A DNA stretch of 64,000 bases from Vermamoeba vermiformis (taxonomy: Eukaryota), in contig JBEWZL010000152.1 in the NCBI GenBank assembly GCA_045837725.1, positions 310,001 through 374,000 of the forward strand, in the 5' to 3' direction. How positions within the stretch are numbered: the stretch's first letter is position 1; each line of letters starts with the position of its first letter. The notes under the pieces are model-generated. The model was not told the DNA's origin and searched no databases. It was given only the letters and a program-made list of their open reading frames with translations. Below, piece by piece: positions 24,666-36,117 of the stretch. The position numbers and the translations under genes are program-made.

Positions 24666-27600
24666 TTAGTTCCTTTTCTCGTCAGTTGGTGGCCTCATCG
24701 ACTTCAAACCTTGTGTCTGCAACACTGGATGCAGCACGTGTTCTAATTGACCACGCTTCTTTTGATACTCAGCAAACATATCATTTAGCTCCTCTTGTTT
24801 AGCCTTAATCTTATCTTCCATATCTATTTCCAAATCAACTGTGTGAGTACACACGAGTGTCAAAAAGACGAGAGTCCGTCACTTACCCAAGAACCCCTTG
24901 AGCATATTAACAATGCCAGGGTTATTCAAATCAGCAGCACCCTCATCATTTGTATTCGGCACTTCAGCTTCAATCTCCGCATTTAACCGTTTTGCTGCCT
25001 CTTTCTCTTCGTCTTTGGGCTCAGTGATCAGTTGTGAGGGCGGCACGTCCATTTCCATCGACTGCATTTCAACGGGATCACTTGACTCCATGCTAGGCAA
25101 GGCAGGTGATGCGGCTTCAACTATTTCGTTGGCGCCAACGCAATACTCAGTGTTGTTGCCGAGTGATTTTTCATCGTCTTCTTCTTCCTCGTCTCTGCTG
25201 TTCAACAACAATGAGGCCTGTGCTTTTGTAACTTCAGGAACTAATCTGATCTTCTCTTTATGTTTGTTTTCATTATCTTCATTGACGACGGCCTCGTTGA
25301 CGTCCTCGTGAATTGACTCTAAAACTGCGTGACTCTTCTCTCTCTCCTCTGAACTGTTTACTTGTACCATATTACTTCGTTGCGAGTTAATTGTCAGATC
25401 GAGCAGTGTTGAGGCTGGCTCGTCAATAGACTCAGAATCAATAATCTTGCGTCGCTTGTACTCGCGGAAGTCATTCAGGTCTACTGACTCTTCACTCGAC
25501 TCGATGGCTGAATGTGTTCGTTTGTGGCCTCTGAATAGCTCCATTCGCGCCATCTTTGTGTTGCCCACAATAACCTCTCCATGCATCGCTTTCTTCTGAT
25601 AATAAGATGCCTTCAATGGACTCAGTGGACTGAGCGACACGCGCGATGTGGCGTGGAGGGGCCAATAACCTTCTGTCAGTGGCACAGAGTTCAATTCCTC
25701 CCAATCAATGCTGTCCAATGGTGTGTAATCGTCAGGACTGTCCGAGACTTGTGTAGGCATTACCGTCACCATTTTCTGCTCGGGTTCAAACCGTGAAATT
25801 GGAATAGGTGCAGTCGGTAAGCCAAGGTTTGCATCGCCAAATGCCAGCGGGAGCATCGAACTATTATTCCGCACGTCAATCGTCCTCATCTGTGTAGATA
25901 TGAGATCCGGTAAGACTGTGACTTTAGGGTTTAGTGAATCTTCGCGTGAATTATGACCCATTATAAACTGAGGACTTGGCAGAAATCTTTGGGGCAGATA
26001 AGAAGACGAAGGTTGGATTGCTTGGGGCAGAAAAGAAGACGAAGGTTGGATTGCTTGGGGCAGATAAGAAGATGAAGGTTGGATCGGATAGGTGAGTGAC
26101 GGTGTTGACATCACGTTGACATGGGGAGGTGTTGGATATGCAGGGACTGTGCGAGAGACAGGACTCGGAGGAACAGAACTACCGCGCACTGACCGTCGAG
26201 TCTCTGATGGCTCACTTGGCCTGTTGTTGTTATTGCGAGACACTGTGATTTTGATTGTTCTCGGCACTCGTGGTGGGGCGCTGGTGCCTCGTCAACCTGG
26301 TGCATGTCAGGGGAGGGCAGCGGCACATCATTGTCATCGTAGTTTCCGACGCTGTCCTCGACCTGTGGGATGATTGCCGCTGTCTGAGACACGTCTTTGA
26401 GCGAGTCAGGCCCGGTAATTGGTTTGCCGCCAATCGTGAACCTGAGTTTGGGCAGTTGTGTTGCCCGGCTAGCCTCCGATTCGCTTCTCGCGCTTCGCGA
26501 CGGAGGGTCACTGGGCGGCATGACAATCGCCTTTTCATTGGCACCGAGCGGCGGCACGTACCAATTAGGCTGTTGGTGTGGCTCTGGCATGAAGCTGGGT
26601 GTACCAGCACTTTGATTGTATGGGGCAGGATTCATGTGGCAGCGGTACTGTGCTGTGGAATCCATGGGCTTGGCGCCTTGAGCGAGAATAGTGGTCAATA
26701 ATTGATCGCCTTGAACGTGGATGTGGTTCAGGGGCGGTGCGTTGTTGAGGTGCTGGTTGGCCAAATACATATAGTACGGTGTAGGGGTGGGGGGGTGGAG
26801 GTGGAGGTGGGGGTGGGGGTTGGTGAGTAGCCAATGACGCGTTCTGATTCTTCCTTCGACCCCTGCCAGGCCCTTGTATACTAGGACTGGTCGTGGTCGG
26901 CGCGAGTAGAAAGGGATTTAAGACGTAGAGCCGCTGCATCATCCGTAATTTGCTCGCATCATCTGATTTGAGGACCACCTTCATGAAGTCATCAAGCGTG
27001 GCCATGCCTCCGTCAACTCTCACCATTTGGCGCCCTTTTAGCAGATCTGAGTTAGTTAATCTGGCCAGATTCTGGTACCGGTACAAAAATTGTTTGTCAA
27101 GTTCTTATTTTTCGAAACATATTATGCTATATATGTCTTAAACGTACCATTTTGATAGTTTTTTGAATTTGAATTCATCCGGGCCCTAAATTAAATAATT
27201 GGTCAGTACATAATAAATAATTATTTATTATTCTCGCACTCGCCTTATTTATTCTTCTATGATACTCCAGTAGTGTTAGAATATCCTAATAATAGCTACG
27301 GTTAGCACCTCATCGATAACCGAGAGCACGAGATCGCTACTCAAAACCGCGATCTGGTTAGTGGTCTTGAATAGCCAGAATTTTCTTCTAATTGTCGTTT
27401 GCCAAAATATATATATTATTATAGGACTATATAGCACGATTAGACAGAATTGCTCGTTACCTTATTCTGATGCACCGATCCAGCCAGGCGCGTACAACAA
27501 AAACATGCCTATCGATAAAAATAAGCTTGTTTGTTAATTGCAAGCTGTACAAATAAATAAACAGCGCGACCGCAAAACCGTTGTTATTAGAAACCGACCA

Positions 27601-27702
27601 AACCCATTTAAGGAAAAATGCGTAGCTTGTTATGTTTCTTGGATTCCATTACCATATATGAACTCTTGGATCGACTCTTGCCTTTCTTAGATCGATATCC
27701 AT
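24666..27702 (-). CDS. Hypothetical protein: small N-terminal globular region, long Pro/Ser-rich and acidic regions, C-terminal coiled coil
   Basis: Overlapping long ORFs (26565-27086, 26111-26770, 24879-26267) are joined by single-base shifts in G/C homopolymers. Short upstream exons have canonical splice sites and the terminal exon is ~24666-24870. Start codon is tentative. Confidence 0.55.
25989..26084. repeat. Coding 33-bp tandem repeat, about 3 copies (IQPSSS[Y/F]LPQA)
   Basis: TTGGGGCAGA[T/A]AAGAAGA[C/T]GAAGGTTGGAT(TGC) occurs three times in tandem. Confidence 0.9.
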
Positions 27703-27866
27703 ACATAAGAAATAGCCTGAATTGATATACGTCGAGATAGGCTTTCATTTACTTTGGTCGGAACGCTATGCGCGATTTTTTGTCAGATCTAGCAGAATTA
27801 ACAACAACTCACTTTGAAAGCAAACCATTCGTGTTCATATTCGCCGTTACTGCGAGGATATCGAAT

Positions 27867-30610
27867 ATGCTTTCCAATCTGACGCGGATTACCTTCAGGG
27901 CTGCGCGTGCCAATAAAAATAGACGGATAGCAGCCTTGCGTTCACCTAAAAATAATATAAATAGTATGTCAATAATTAGAATATTCCAGAATAATAATTA
28001 CTGACGCAATCTGAACCAGATGGCCGTCTTTACTCGTCCAAAATAACTGAATTCACTGAAAAAATCAAAACTGGACCTTCATTAGGAGATTTTCTGCGAG
28101 GCACAGAACATCACCATCATGACCACTCTTCACACGAAGGTAATTTTAATTCAAATGACAACGACTAGTTTTTAATTAAAATCAGATAAAATTCAGTCAC
28201 CTGCTTAATAGCTATAATTTATTAAATATGTATGCTGAATAAACTCATATAATTAATTAGATCAATTTAGCTTTTGGATCCACGATCTGTTCTTGATCGC
28301 AGGACCGGAACGTGGCTCAACCTCGCTCGTCATTTAATATGAGCGAATACATAATTAGTATGCGAACTAATATTTAAATAATAGTATCTACGCAAGTTGG
28401 AGAGCACCTGATCGCGCCATATTTAACTGTTGACCACAACACTCTGGGCAAAGAACGCACTGTACATATTGAATCTTTTGGCTGCCAGATGAACATGAAC
28501 GATACGGAGATTGTTTATTCAATTATGGAAAAGTCAGGCTACAAGAAAGTGGAGGACGCGAACAGGGTACGTTGCGCGCTTAGTGCTAGGGCCCAATATA
28601 ATCCTAATTTATCCTAATATAGGCCGATGTAGTATTTTTGAACACGTGTGCCATTAGAGACCACGCTGAAGCTAAGATTTGGAGCAGACTTGGTACATTG
28701 CGCGCAGAAAAGACACGACGAAAAGAAAAACCACTCGTTGTGGGAGTATTAGGATGCATGGCTGAACGATTAAAAGAACAGTTACTAGAGAAAGAGAAGG
28801 TTGTGGACCTTGTGGCCGGTCCTGATGCTTACAGAGACCTGCCACAACTGCTGTCAAAAGTACGTCCCGAGATCTACCAACCACGATATGAGTTGCTGGT
28901 GGATATTAATAACACCTCGCTTAGGTCGAGTCGGGTCAACAAGCTATGAATGTAATGCTGTCACTGGACGAAACTTATGCTGACATTACACCCGTGCGAA
29001 TGAGCGAGAATGGCGTCAGTGCCTATGTGTACGTAGTGAATGGCATACACAGCACGCCCGTGTACTAACTCTATCCTAGGTCTATTATGCGAGGATGCAA
29101 TAACATGTGCACTTATTGTATTGTGCCGTTCACACGCGGACGTGAAAGAAGTCGCAATGTGCAATCTATTTTAGACGAAATTAGACTTTTGTCAGATCAA
29201 GTATGATTACTGCTTGCATTTACGTATCATATCTAACACCTAATTTAGGGATTTAAAGAAGTGGTGTTGTTAGGACAAAATGTAAATAGTTATAATGACC
29301 GCTCATATGGTCGACGCAGATCCAAACAGCGAAGAAGTAAAAATTGTTCCTGGCTTTAGCACAGTGTATAAAAGGCCTAAGTAAGTATCCCATATGTCCT
29401 CGCCATTATGTACTAATGTCTACATAGGGCTGGAATATCATTCGCTGAGTTGATGGACAAAGCGAGCCAGATCAACCCTGAAATGAGGATCCGCTTTACA
29501 AGCCCGCACCCGAAAGACTTCCCTGATGAGTTGTTGCAAGTGATGAGAGAACGCCCTAACTTGTGCAAGTCAATTCATATTCCTGCGCAAAGTGGAAGCA
29601 CTACAGTCCTGGAACGAATGCGTCGCGGTTACTCGAGGTAAGTTAGTTATCCACAAATAATAATAGCAATAATTGAAAAATCGGAATTGCACCCACAATA
29701 ATTTGCGTTGGGATGAAATGTGGTTACATCAACCGCCAGACGACGCAATCAGATTTGTAGGCTTGCGTTGGGCAATAATAGCCTCCTCGTCTGTCACTTC
29801 GGTGATCTCAACTCAATTACAATGAATTAACCTTCAATTCGAGTGGATGTGCGTGTAACTCGCACCCGAGCCTACTACCTTTTTTTTTTGCCCAACGATT
29901 GTAGATCTTTTTTAACATCATCCGTTACAGGGAGGCTTACTTGTCTTTGATCGAAAATATTCGCACCATTCTGCCAGATGTCAGTCTTAGCAGCGATTTC
30001 ATTAGTGGATTCTGCGGTGAGACTGAGGCAGAGCACAGAGACACCATTACTTTGATGGAGCAAGTCAAGTACGATTCAGCTTTTATGTTCGCTTACTCGA
30101 TGCGCGAGAAGACTCCTGCCCACCGAAAGTTTAAGTAAGTGCCATTTGCTCGTGCGCTAGTAGGTCTAGCCGCTAACTGCTCGTAGGGATGACGTGCCAG
30201 AGGAGATCAAGAAGCGACGATTGCATGAGGTCATTGAGACGTTCCACTTGCATGCAAGACAAAAGAATAAGCTCGAAATTGGCAAGAAGCACTTGGTGCT
30301 CGTGGAGGGTACCAGCAAGAGGTCCGATCAAGAGCTGTTTGGCCGCACTGACTCTAACAAGAAGGCGATCTTCGCTGAGCGATCGTTGCCTAACTTCAGT
30401 GACTGGTTGAAGCATAGAGCACGACAGCAAATCGTTGAAAATAGTGAAGGTGAAAATACAGTGCCATTACCGACGAGTGAGGTGAAGCCAGGCGAGTACA
30501 TTGTGGTCAAGATCGAATCCTCGTCAGCTGTGTCACTGAAGGGCAAAGCTATTGCGAAAATATCTTTAACAGACTTTTATAAGAACCGTTCGATTATTGA
30601 TAGTTTGTAA
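27867..30610 (+). CDS. CDK5RAP1: Mitochondrial tRNA methylthiotransferase (MiaB/CDK5RAP1 family, radical SAM)
   Basis: [50 protein letters not shown] (CxxxCxxC), [31 protein letters not shown] and a C-terminal TRAM domain. Basic presequence. One indel near 29306. Confidence 0.93.
29703..29897 (+). other. Structured non-coding element inside a CDK5RAP1 intron (family unknown)
   Basis: Several stems, including CAGACGA/TCGTCTG, GTCAC-TTCG-GTGAT, GTGCG...CGCAC, GTAGGCTTG/CGAGCCTAC and CGTTGGGCAA/TTGCCCAACG. More GC-rich than the other introns. Confidence 0.45.
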
Positions 30611-30749
30611 AAATCCGAAGTAAACCAGTTTTCCGCGACGAGCCAGATCTAGCCGTTTTCCGCAGGATTGTTTCGGAAAACAAAAAAATTGACGGATAAC
30701 ACGTTTGGCAAGCAGACGCCATTTGTTTGTAGTAGAGGAAGCCGAAAAC

Positions 30750-33270
30750 ATGTTGTGCAGGAAGGGTTTGACTTGTTTGTTGCGAACTTCTCAAAAGAAG
30801 GGCAATCTGCGAAGTGGATCGGTTTCAATCCGCTGCTACGCCACTTCAAATGCTAAGAATGACCTCTCGTCACGAGCAAATGCAAACAGAACAAAGGTAA
30901 TTTGCGATATTATCCTAATTCAACAATGATTTCACTTTTCGATCGCGTCCAAATCCAATTTACGGAAAACGTAGTAATGCTAGAAAAATTATTTTGGATT
31001 AAGTTATGCATGATACTAACCGAATACATTTGATAGGGCCTATTTGCCACTCAAAATTCAAATAATGTTAATAAAAAAATCGACACATCCATCCTGAGTT
31101 CAAGCCGACCGCGGAAGTTCCACGCCACCTCTGTATTATTAAAACCCGAAGACTTAGAAAGCGAAATGGAGCTTGTTGCAGACGAAACCGAAATGCTGAG
31201 ACAGCTCGATGACAAGAGTAAGTGCATCGTGATCAAGATCGCGGTTAATTAATTTTGATTGATAACTTATCAATACGTCATAATTTGATAACGTGAATAC
31301 CAAATTATTTTGTGGCTCTATTCTGCGAATTAATACGAATCATATTACCTCACGAGCCTGATGATCAGATCGTGTGTCGTGGATACTTTTCAACTGTTGT
31401 GAATATTCGAAAGTTACCATTATTAATAATTACACCAAATATAGGCCCCGAAGTTTTATTAAGCAAAGATCCGACAAACGTTCAACAACTTGCCAGCACA
31501 GTTGCTAATCTGGACGAACCAGCTTACGAAACATTTTTAAGAGATTTTGAAGGACTAATTTTGAAACCAAGGTAAGTTGATGAATTTTAATTACGGAGTA
31601 AATACGAGACCTGCAGTATTTTAATGAAAAATCTCGTTCAATCTGCAGATCGAACCATCACTGCGTTTTTGCAGCTAATAATGCTAACGTTGTGGAACGG
31701 AACTAATCGCACTACTATTTTAGAATCACTAAGTCCTCAGTAGCTCAATTTACACGCAAGTTGGAAGCTGACCTCGAATTTTTCAAAGTCGACAAAAACG
31801 TCGTCAATACTATTATCAGATTATGCACAGACAATATCGACCTGATTAGGACAGGCGATATCGTCATCGATCACTTCAGAGCTGCTCGTAAGCGAGCCAT
31901 GTTGAGCGCTTTGTTGGGCACCAGCATGGATGTGTCCAGACAACCCACTCACCACGCCGACAGAATTTACAAACACGATGGAGAACTGTCGTTCGATAAA
32001 ACAGAAAGCAAGATTGATATTACAGATATTATGAAGGATTTTAACTTGAACAACGAAAGCATCCAACTCAGCGAGAAGAGCGAGAGCAAATCCGGATCTA
32101 TTTTTGACGTTGAAGAAGGCAGCGTCGTTCCCTCGAAGTTGCAAGAGATGTACCAACAAGCTGTTGAGAACTTTGTCGAGAAACAAGAGCAAGACTCCCT
32201 CTCTACCCTCCCCGACAGCCCCTTCAAAATCGTTATCTCCAACTTGGACCCGTTGGCTACTCAAGAAGACATCAAGAAGGCTTTCAAGGCTTTGATCCCC
32301 GAAAAGGAAATCGAAGTCATCAAGGCTGAGCGCTTCGTTGAGACCATCCACGGTCAAAAAGAATACATGGCTTTCGTTCACTTGCCTACTTACGAAGACG
32401 CCCAAATGTTGTTGAGCGACGATATCAAGGCCTTTGGCATTCATATTAACGTAAGTACTAATTATATGAATACCACCTGCAATCTACATCGTTCGAAGAG
32501 TTTTTTGGATCGAGTATTAACGTTAATTTATGCAGGGAGTTCGATGCCCTATTCTTTCAGTTAGCACCAAGAAAGTTCTTATCTTGTACACCAACATTAC
32601 CACCAAGGCCGTCTTGGAGAAGCTGTTGACTACATGGCACATTCCTGCCTACAAAATGCTCGGAGTTGACGAAGAGGACCACATCCGCAGCTCAGTTCGA
32701 TTGATGTTTGATAACCACGAGAAGGCCTATGAAGCCAAGAAGATCTTCAATGAGAAGTTGAAGAGTCCTATTGAGAACCTTCCCGTAAGTAGAGATACAG
32801 AGCTGTTGGTAAAGCACGCGTATTAATGATTTTCCATTGCAGCGACGTGCACGTATGGCAGTCCAATGGGGCAAGAACAACTCGAGTAGCAGCATGAAGG
32901 CTTTGCAAGAGACTCAAAAGGAGTTGAAAAAAGAAAACGAGAAGTTAAAGTGAGTATTAGTTGTCACGTGTCAAGATCGAGATCTGGTTACTAACGATGG
33001 CTTTTTACTCTTAACAGGAAAGTCATTTCCAAGTATTCTTTGGCCAGTGCTATTGCCAACACCACTGATGACCTCAAGTTTTCAGCGGTGCAATACAACC
33101 ACCTTATGAAGGTGTTGGAGATTGCTAACGGCGATGTTGAAGAAGGAGCTCGATTGCTTGGCATGAGCAAGGCTCAGTTGCGACGCACTGCTCGTCAATT
33201 GGCCAAGGAAGGCTTCGACACTTCACGTATCATTGGCAGCGAGGCTCCTCGTGCCACTTCTTCCATGTAA
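30750..33270 (+). CDS. Putative mitochondrial RRM protein with coiled coil and C-terminal Fis-like HTH
   Basis: Presequence-like MLCRKGLTCLLRTSQKKGNLRSGSVSIRCYATS; RRM-like FKIVISNLDPLATQEDIKKAF...YMAFVHLPTYEDAQ; tail KVLEIANGDVEEGARLLGMSKAQLRR. Canonical introns. Confidence 0.6.
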
Positions 33271-33635
33271 AAAGATCTCTTTGAACTTCTGGGCGACCGC
33301 ATCTGGATCTGTTTTTGTCGAGAAAGATTCATGTGCGTGAGCTGAGAAGATAGGACCGTGACGACTTATTATCATCAATGTACGATAAGAGTTTGTTATT
33401 TTGATTTGTTTCTCTTTCATTGCGCGTTTGTCCGAGTCAATAAAGAAAAACGAATTTGCGAAACTAATGAATTAATTCTAATAATGTCCTTGCGCGGACC
33501 TCCCAGCGTTAATCGGATGCGTTCATTCATGAACAAGAAAATAGTTATTCGGATCTATTAATTTCGTGCAACACCAGCACTTGTATATTTGTATTTATTT
33601 TTTATCGTTGACACACAACACGTATTGGTGCAATA

Positions 33636-35650
33636 ATGCAGGCTACAGCACCGCCACATCCACAGAAACAGTTGTCAACGAAGCGAAAGTTCAGCCAGGT
33701 CAACCCTGCGCATCTTCAACAGCAAGGAAAGAAGAAAAAACAAAAAGTTACGCATGAAGATAAAGGATTAGTAATACAGCATGGTACGGTAGTTTTAATC
33801 CAGATCTAGATCTTCGACATCTCTTCCCGTCATTCGACTTTTTCAATAATTAGCAACCACAAAATTCGATAAAATATGTCGTAATAATGCGCACGATGTT
33901 TTAGCCTATTTAATGATTGTTGATTTTGGATCCGCATCTGATCGTTCTCCACAGAAATTGAAGAATACAGAACAATGCACTTCTACCCACAATTTTTATC
34001 AATGGGAAGTTCAACACACAATGGACTCCAAAACTTCGTTAGTGGCAAGCACCCATTCGGCATCCAGCCTTGGGGCAATTATTACCTTCAACGCACGAGG
34101 AACGCCGAGGACGACGCAAGAATTAATGGACTTGGTTATTTCTCTTACTTAAGCGACGAGTTCGTCTTGGATCTCTTCGCTATGTTCTCATACACCGATT
34201 TGGGATTGTTGTCTCGTGTTAGCAAGGCAATGAATGCATTGTGCAACGAAGACGAGTTGTGGAGAGAAATTTGCTTCGATGAATTTGATGGCGATTTTGT
34301 ATTTCAAGGCTCTTGGAAGAAGACATTTAATGCTCGGTACGTGCATCCAAATCCACTGCGACTTACCCTGGCAACCTTCTAATAATCCGTGTACAGACTA
34401 AGGCCTTCGGAGCCAATTGTAGATATTAAGCCACTTCTTGTTTCAAGTTTCTTCTCCGACGTACTGTTCCACACGTGGCAATGCTCAAACATAGATCTAG
34501 CGCAATGGCGTGAGATTCTCAAGGGTGATAATATTCCACGATGCAGTGGATTAACACAAGAAGAGTTTGCCAACCAATACCTCAAGCCTAATTTACCTGT
34601 GCTTATTACTGATGTCGTGGAAAAGTGGCCCGCAGGTACGTGTCAAACATGACACTTTAACAAGAAATGGATTTATTCTAACATGGCGTTAGTGACTGAA
34701 TGGACTAAAGAGAGGCTGGTATCGAATTATGGAGACGTTAATTTTGTCGTGGGAGGTGTTGGCATTTCACTCAAGTTGAAAGATTTCTTCACGTACTGTG
34801 GTCAAGCACGCGAAGAGTCTCCGTTATATTTGTTTGATAGAGACTATCCTACCAAGGCACCTAATATGCTCAATGAATACACTATACCCGAATATTTTAA
34901 AGGTAAGCATAGTTATTTGCACATTTCATACAATGCCGGATCTGATCTCGTGTTCGCATCCAGAGGATTTCTTCGACTTATTGCCCGAGGCTGATAGGCC
35001 TACATATAGATGGATATTAATAGGGCCTCCTAAGTCCGGATCGACTTTTCATCAAGACCCTAATTCAACTAGTGCGTGGAATGCAGTCGTTAGTGGCGCG
35101 AAGAAGTGGATCTTGTACCCTCCTGAAGTCATTCCACCTGGCGTCTTCTTAAGTGAAGACGGAACTGTGCGTACTAATAGACACCTTCTATAATAATACT
35201 AACGTTATTAATTTAGCTTACCACTACTATGTCCGTAGTCGAGTGGTTTTTGAACTTCTACAAAGAGACTAAAAAGCCGAATTCAAAGGTAACAAGGCCT
35301 CTATTATTCGCCTATTAATTCATATACGTACGTAGGCAGTCGAATGCATCCAAGGACCTGGAGAAATGCTGTTTATCCCGCACGGCTGGTGGCATCTAGC
35401 GATGAATCTGGAAGAAACGATAGCAGTCACGCAAAACTTCGTTGACCGATATAATTTAATTAACGTAGTTAATTACTTGCAAAACAAGAAGAAGAAAGAG
35501 CTGTGGCAAGTATTTGAATCCAAAATGAAAGAACAACATCCGAATCTGCTTTCCTCGGTCTTGAAAGAGCTGCAGCAAAAAAATGAAGTCAAGCCTTCTG
35601 CGTGGGAGGAGTTGGTCGGTGAGAACCAACCGTTCCGATTATTGGCCTAA
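33636..35650 (+). CDS. F-box + JmjC 2-oxoglutarate/Fe(II) oxygenase (JMJD6-related)
   Basis: HPFGIQPWGNY; F-box LSDEFVLDLF...LSRVSK...LWREIC; PLYLFD; YRWILIGPPKSGSTFHQDPNSTSAWN (HxD); FIPHGWWHLAMNLEETIAVTQNFV. First exon from ATG 33636. Confidence 0.88.
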
Positions 35651-36117
35651 GGTCGGTAAATAAATTAATTTATTGTACCTACACGTTAATTAATTTCTAA
35701 TCCGAGTCTAATCTTGATAACAGCCGTAACCATACGTCCTTAAGAAGTTGCTTGTTTAATAAGATTATTTCGGATAACTAGAAGATGGTGAAAGGAAAAG
35801 TCACGACGGGTGCGTTGCCACATCCAGTGTTTTCAAGAGCGGGCATTTGGCAGCCATCGATAACGGTGCCAGAGTGTTCGATAGTAGTGTCGGGCATTGT
35901 GCTGTGCAGAAGTTGAAATTTGATTAAGAATAAGACGCAGCCAGAAACTTACAGGCCGAGTTTTTCTGGGCCAGCCAAAAAATAACCCGCGCAACATTTT
36001 AATCATACGACATATCAATCTACCACAGTCTGAATTACCAAGCGGCTGGCATAACCGAGAAAAGAACACGTTAATGTGTAAGCTGCGCACCTTTCTATAC
36101 CCTGCTAATAATACCAG

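Noticed and set aside
25989-26084. CRISPR-like repeat array
   Set aside because: Contiguous in-frame coding repeats with no spacers, in a eukaryotic gene.
29748-29785. SAM-II/SAM-V riboswitch resemblance (GAUUU...UUGC)
   Set aside because: The 3' GCUAAA strand needed for the pseudoknot is absent.
31821-32444. 207-codon antisense ORF, and other antisense ORFs in the track
   Set aside because: Shadows of codon-biased sense exons with no independent motifs.
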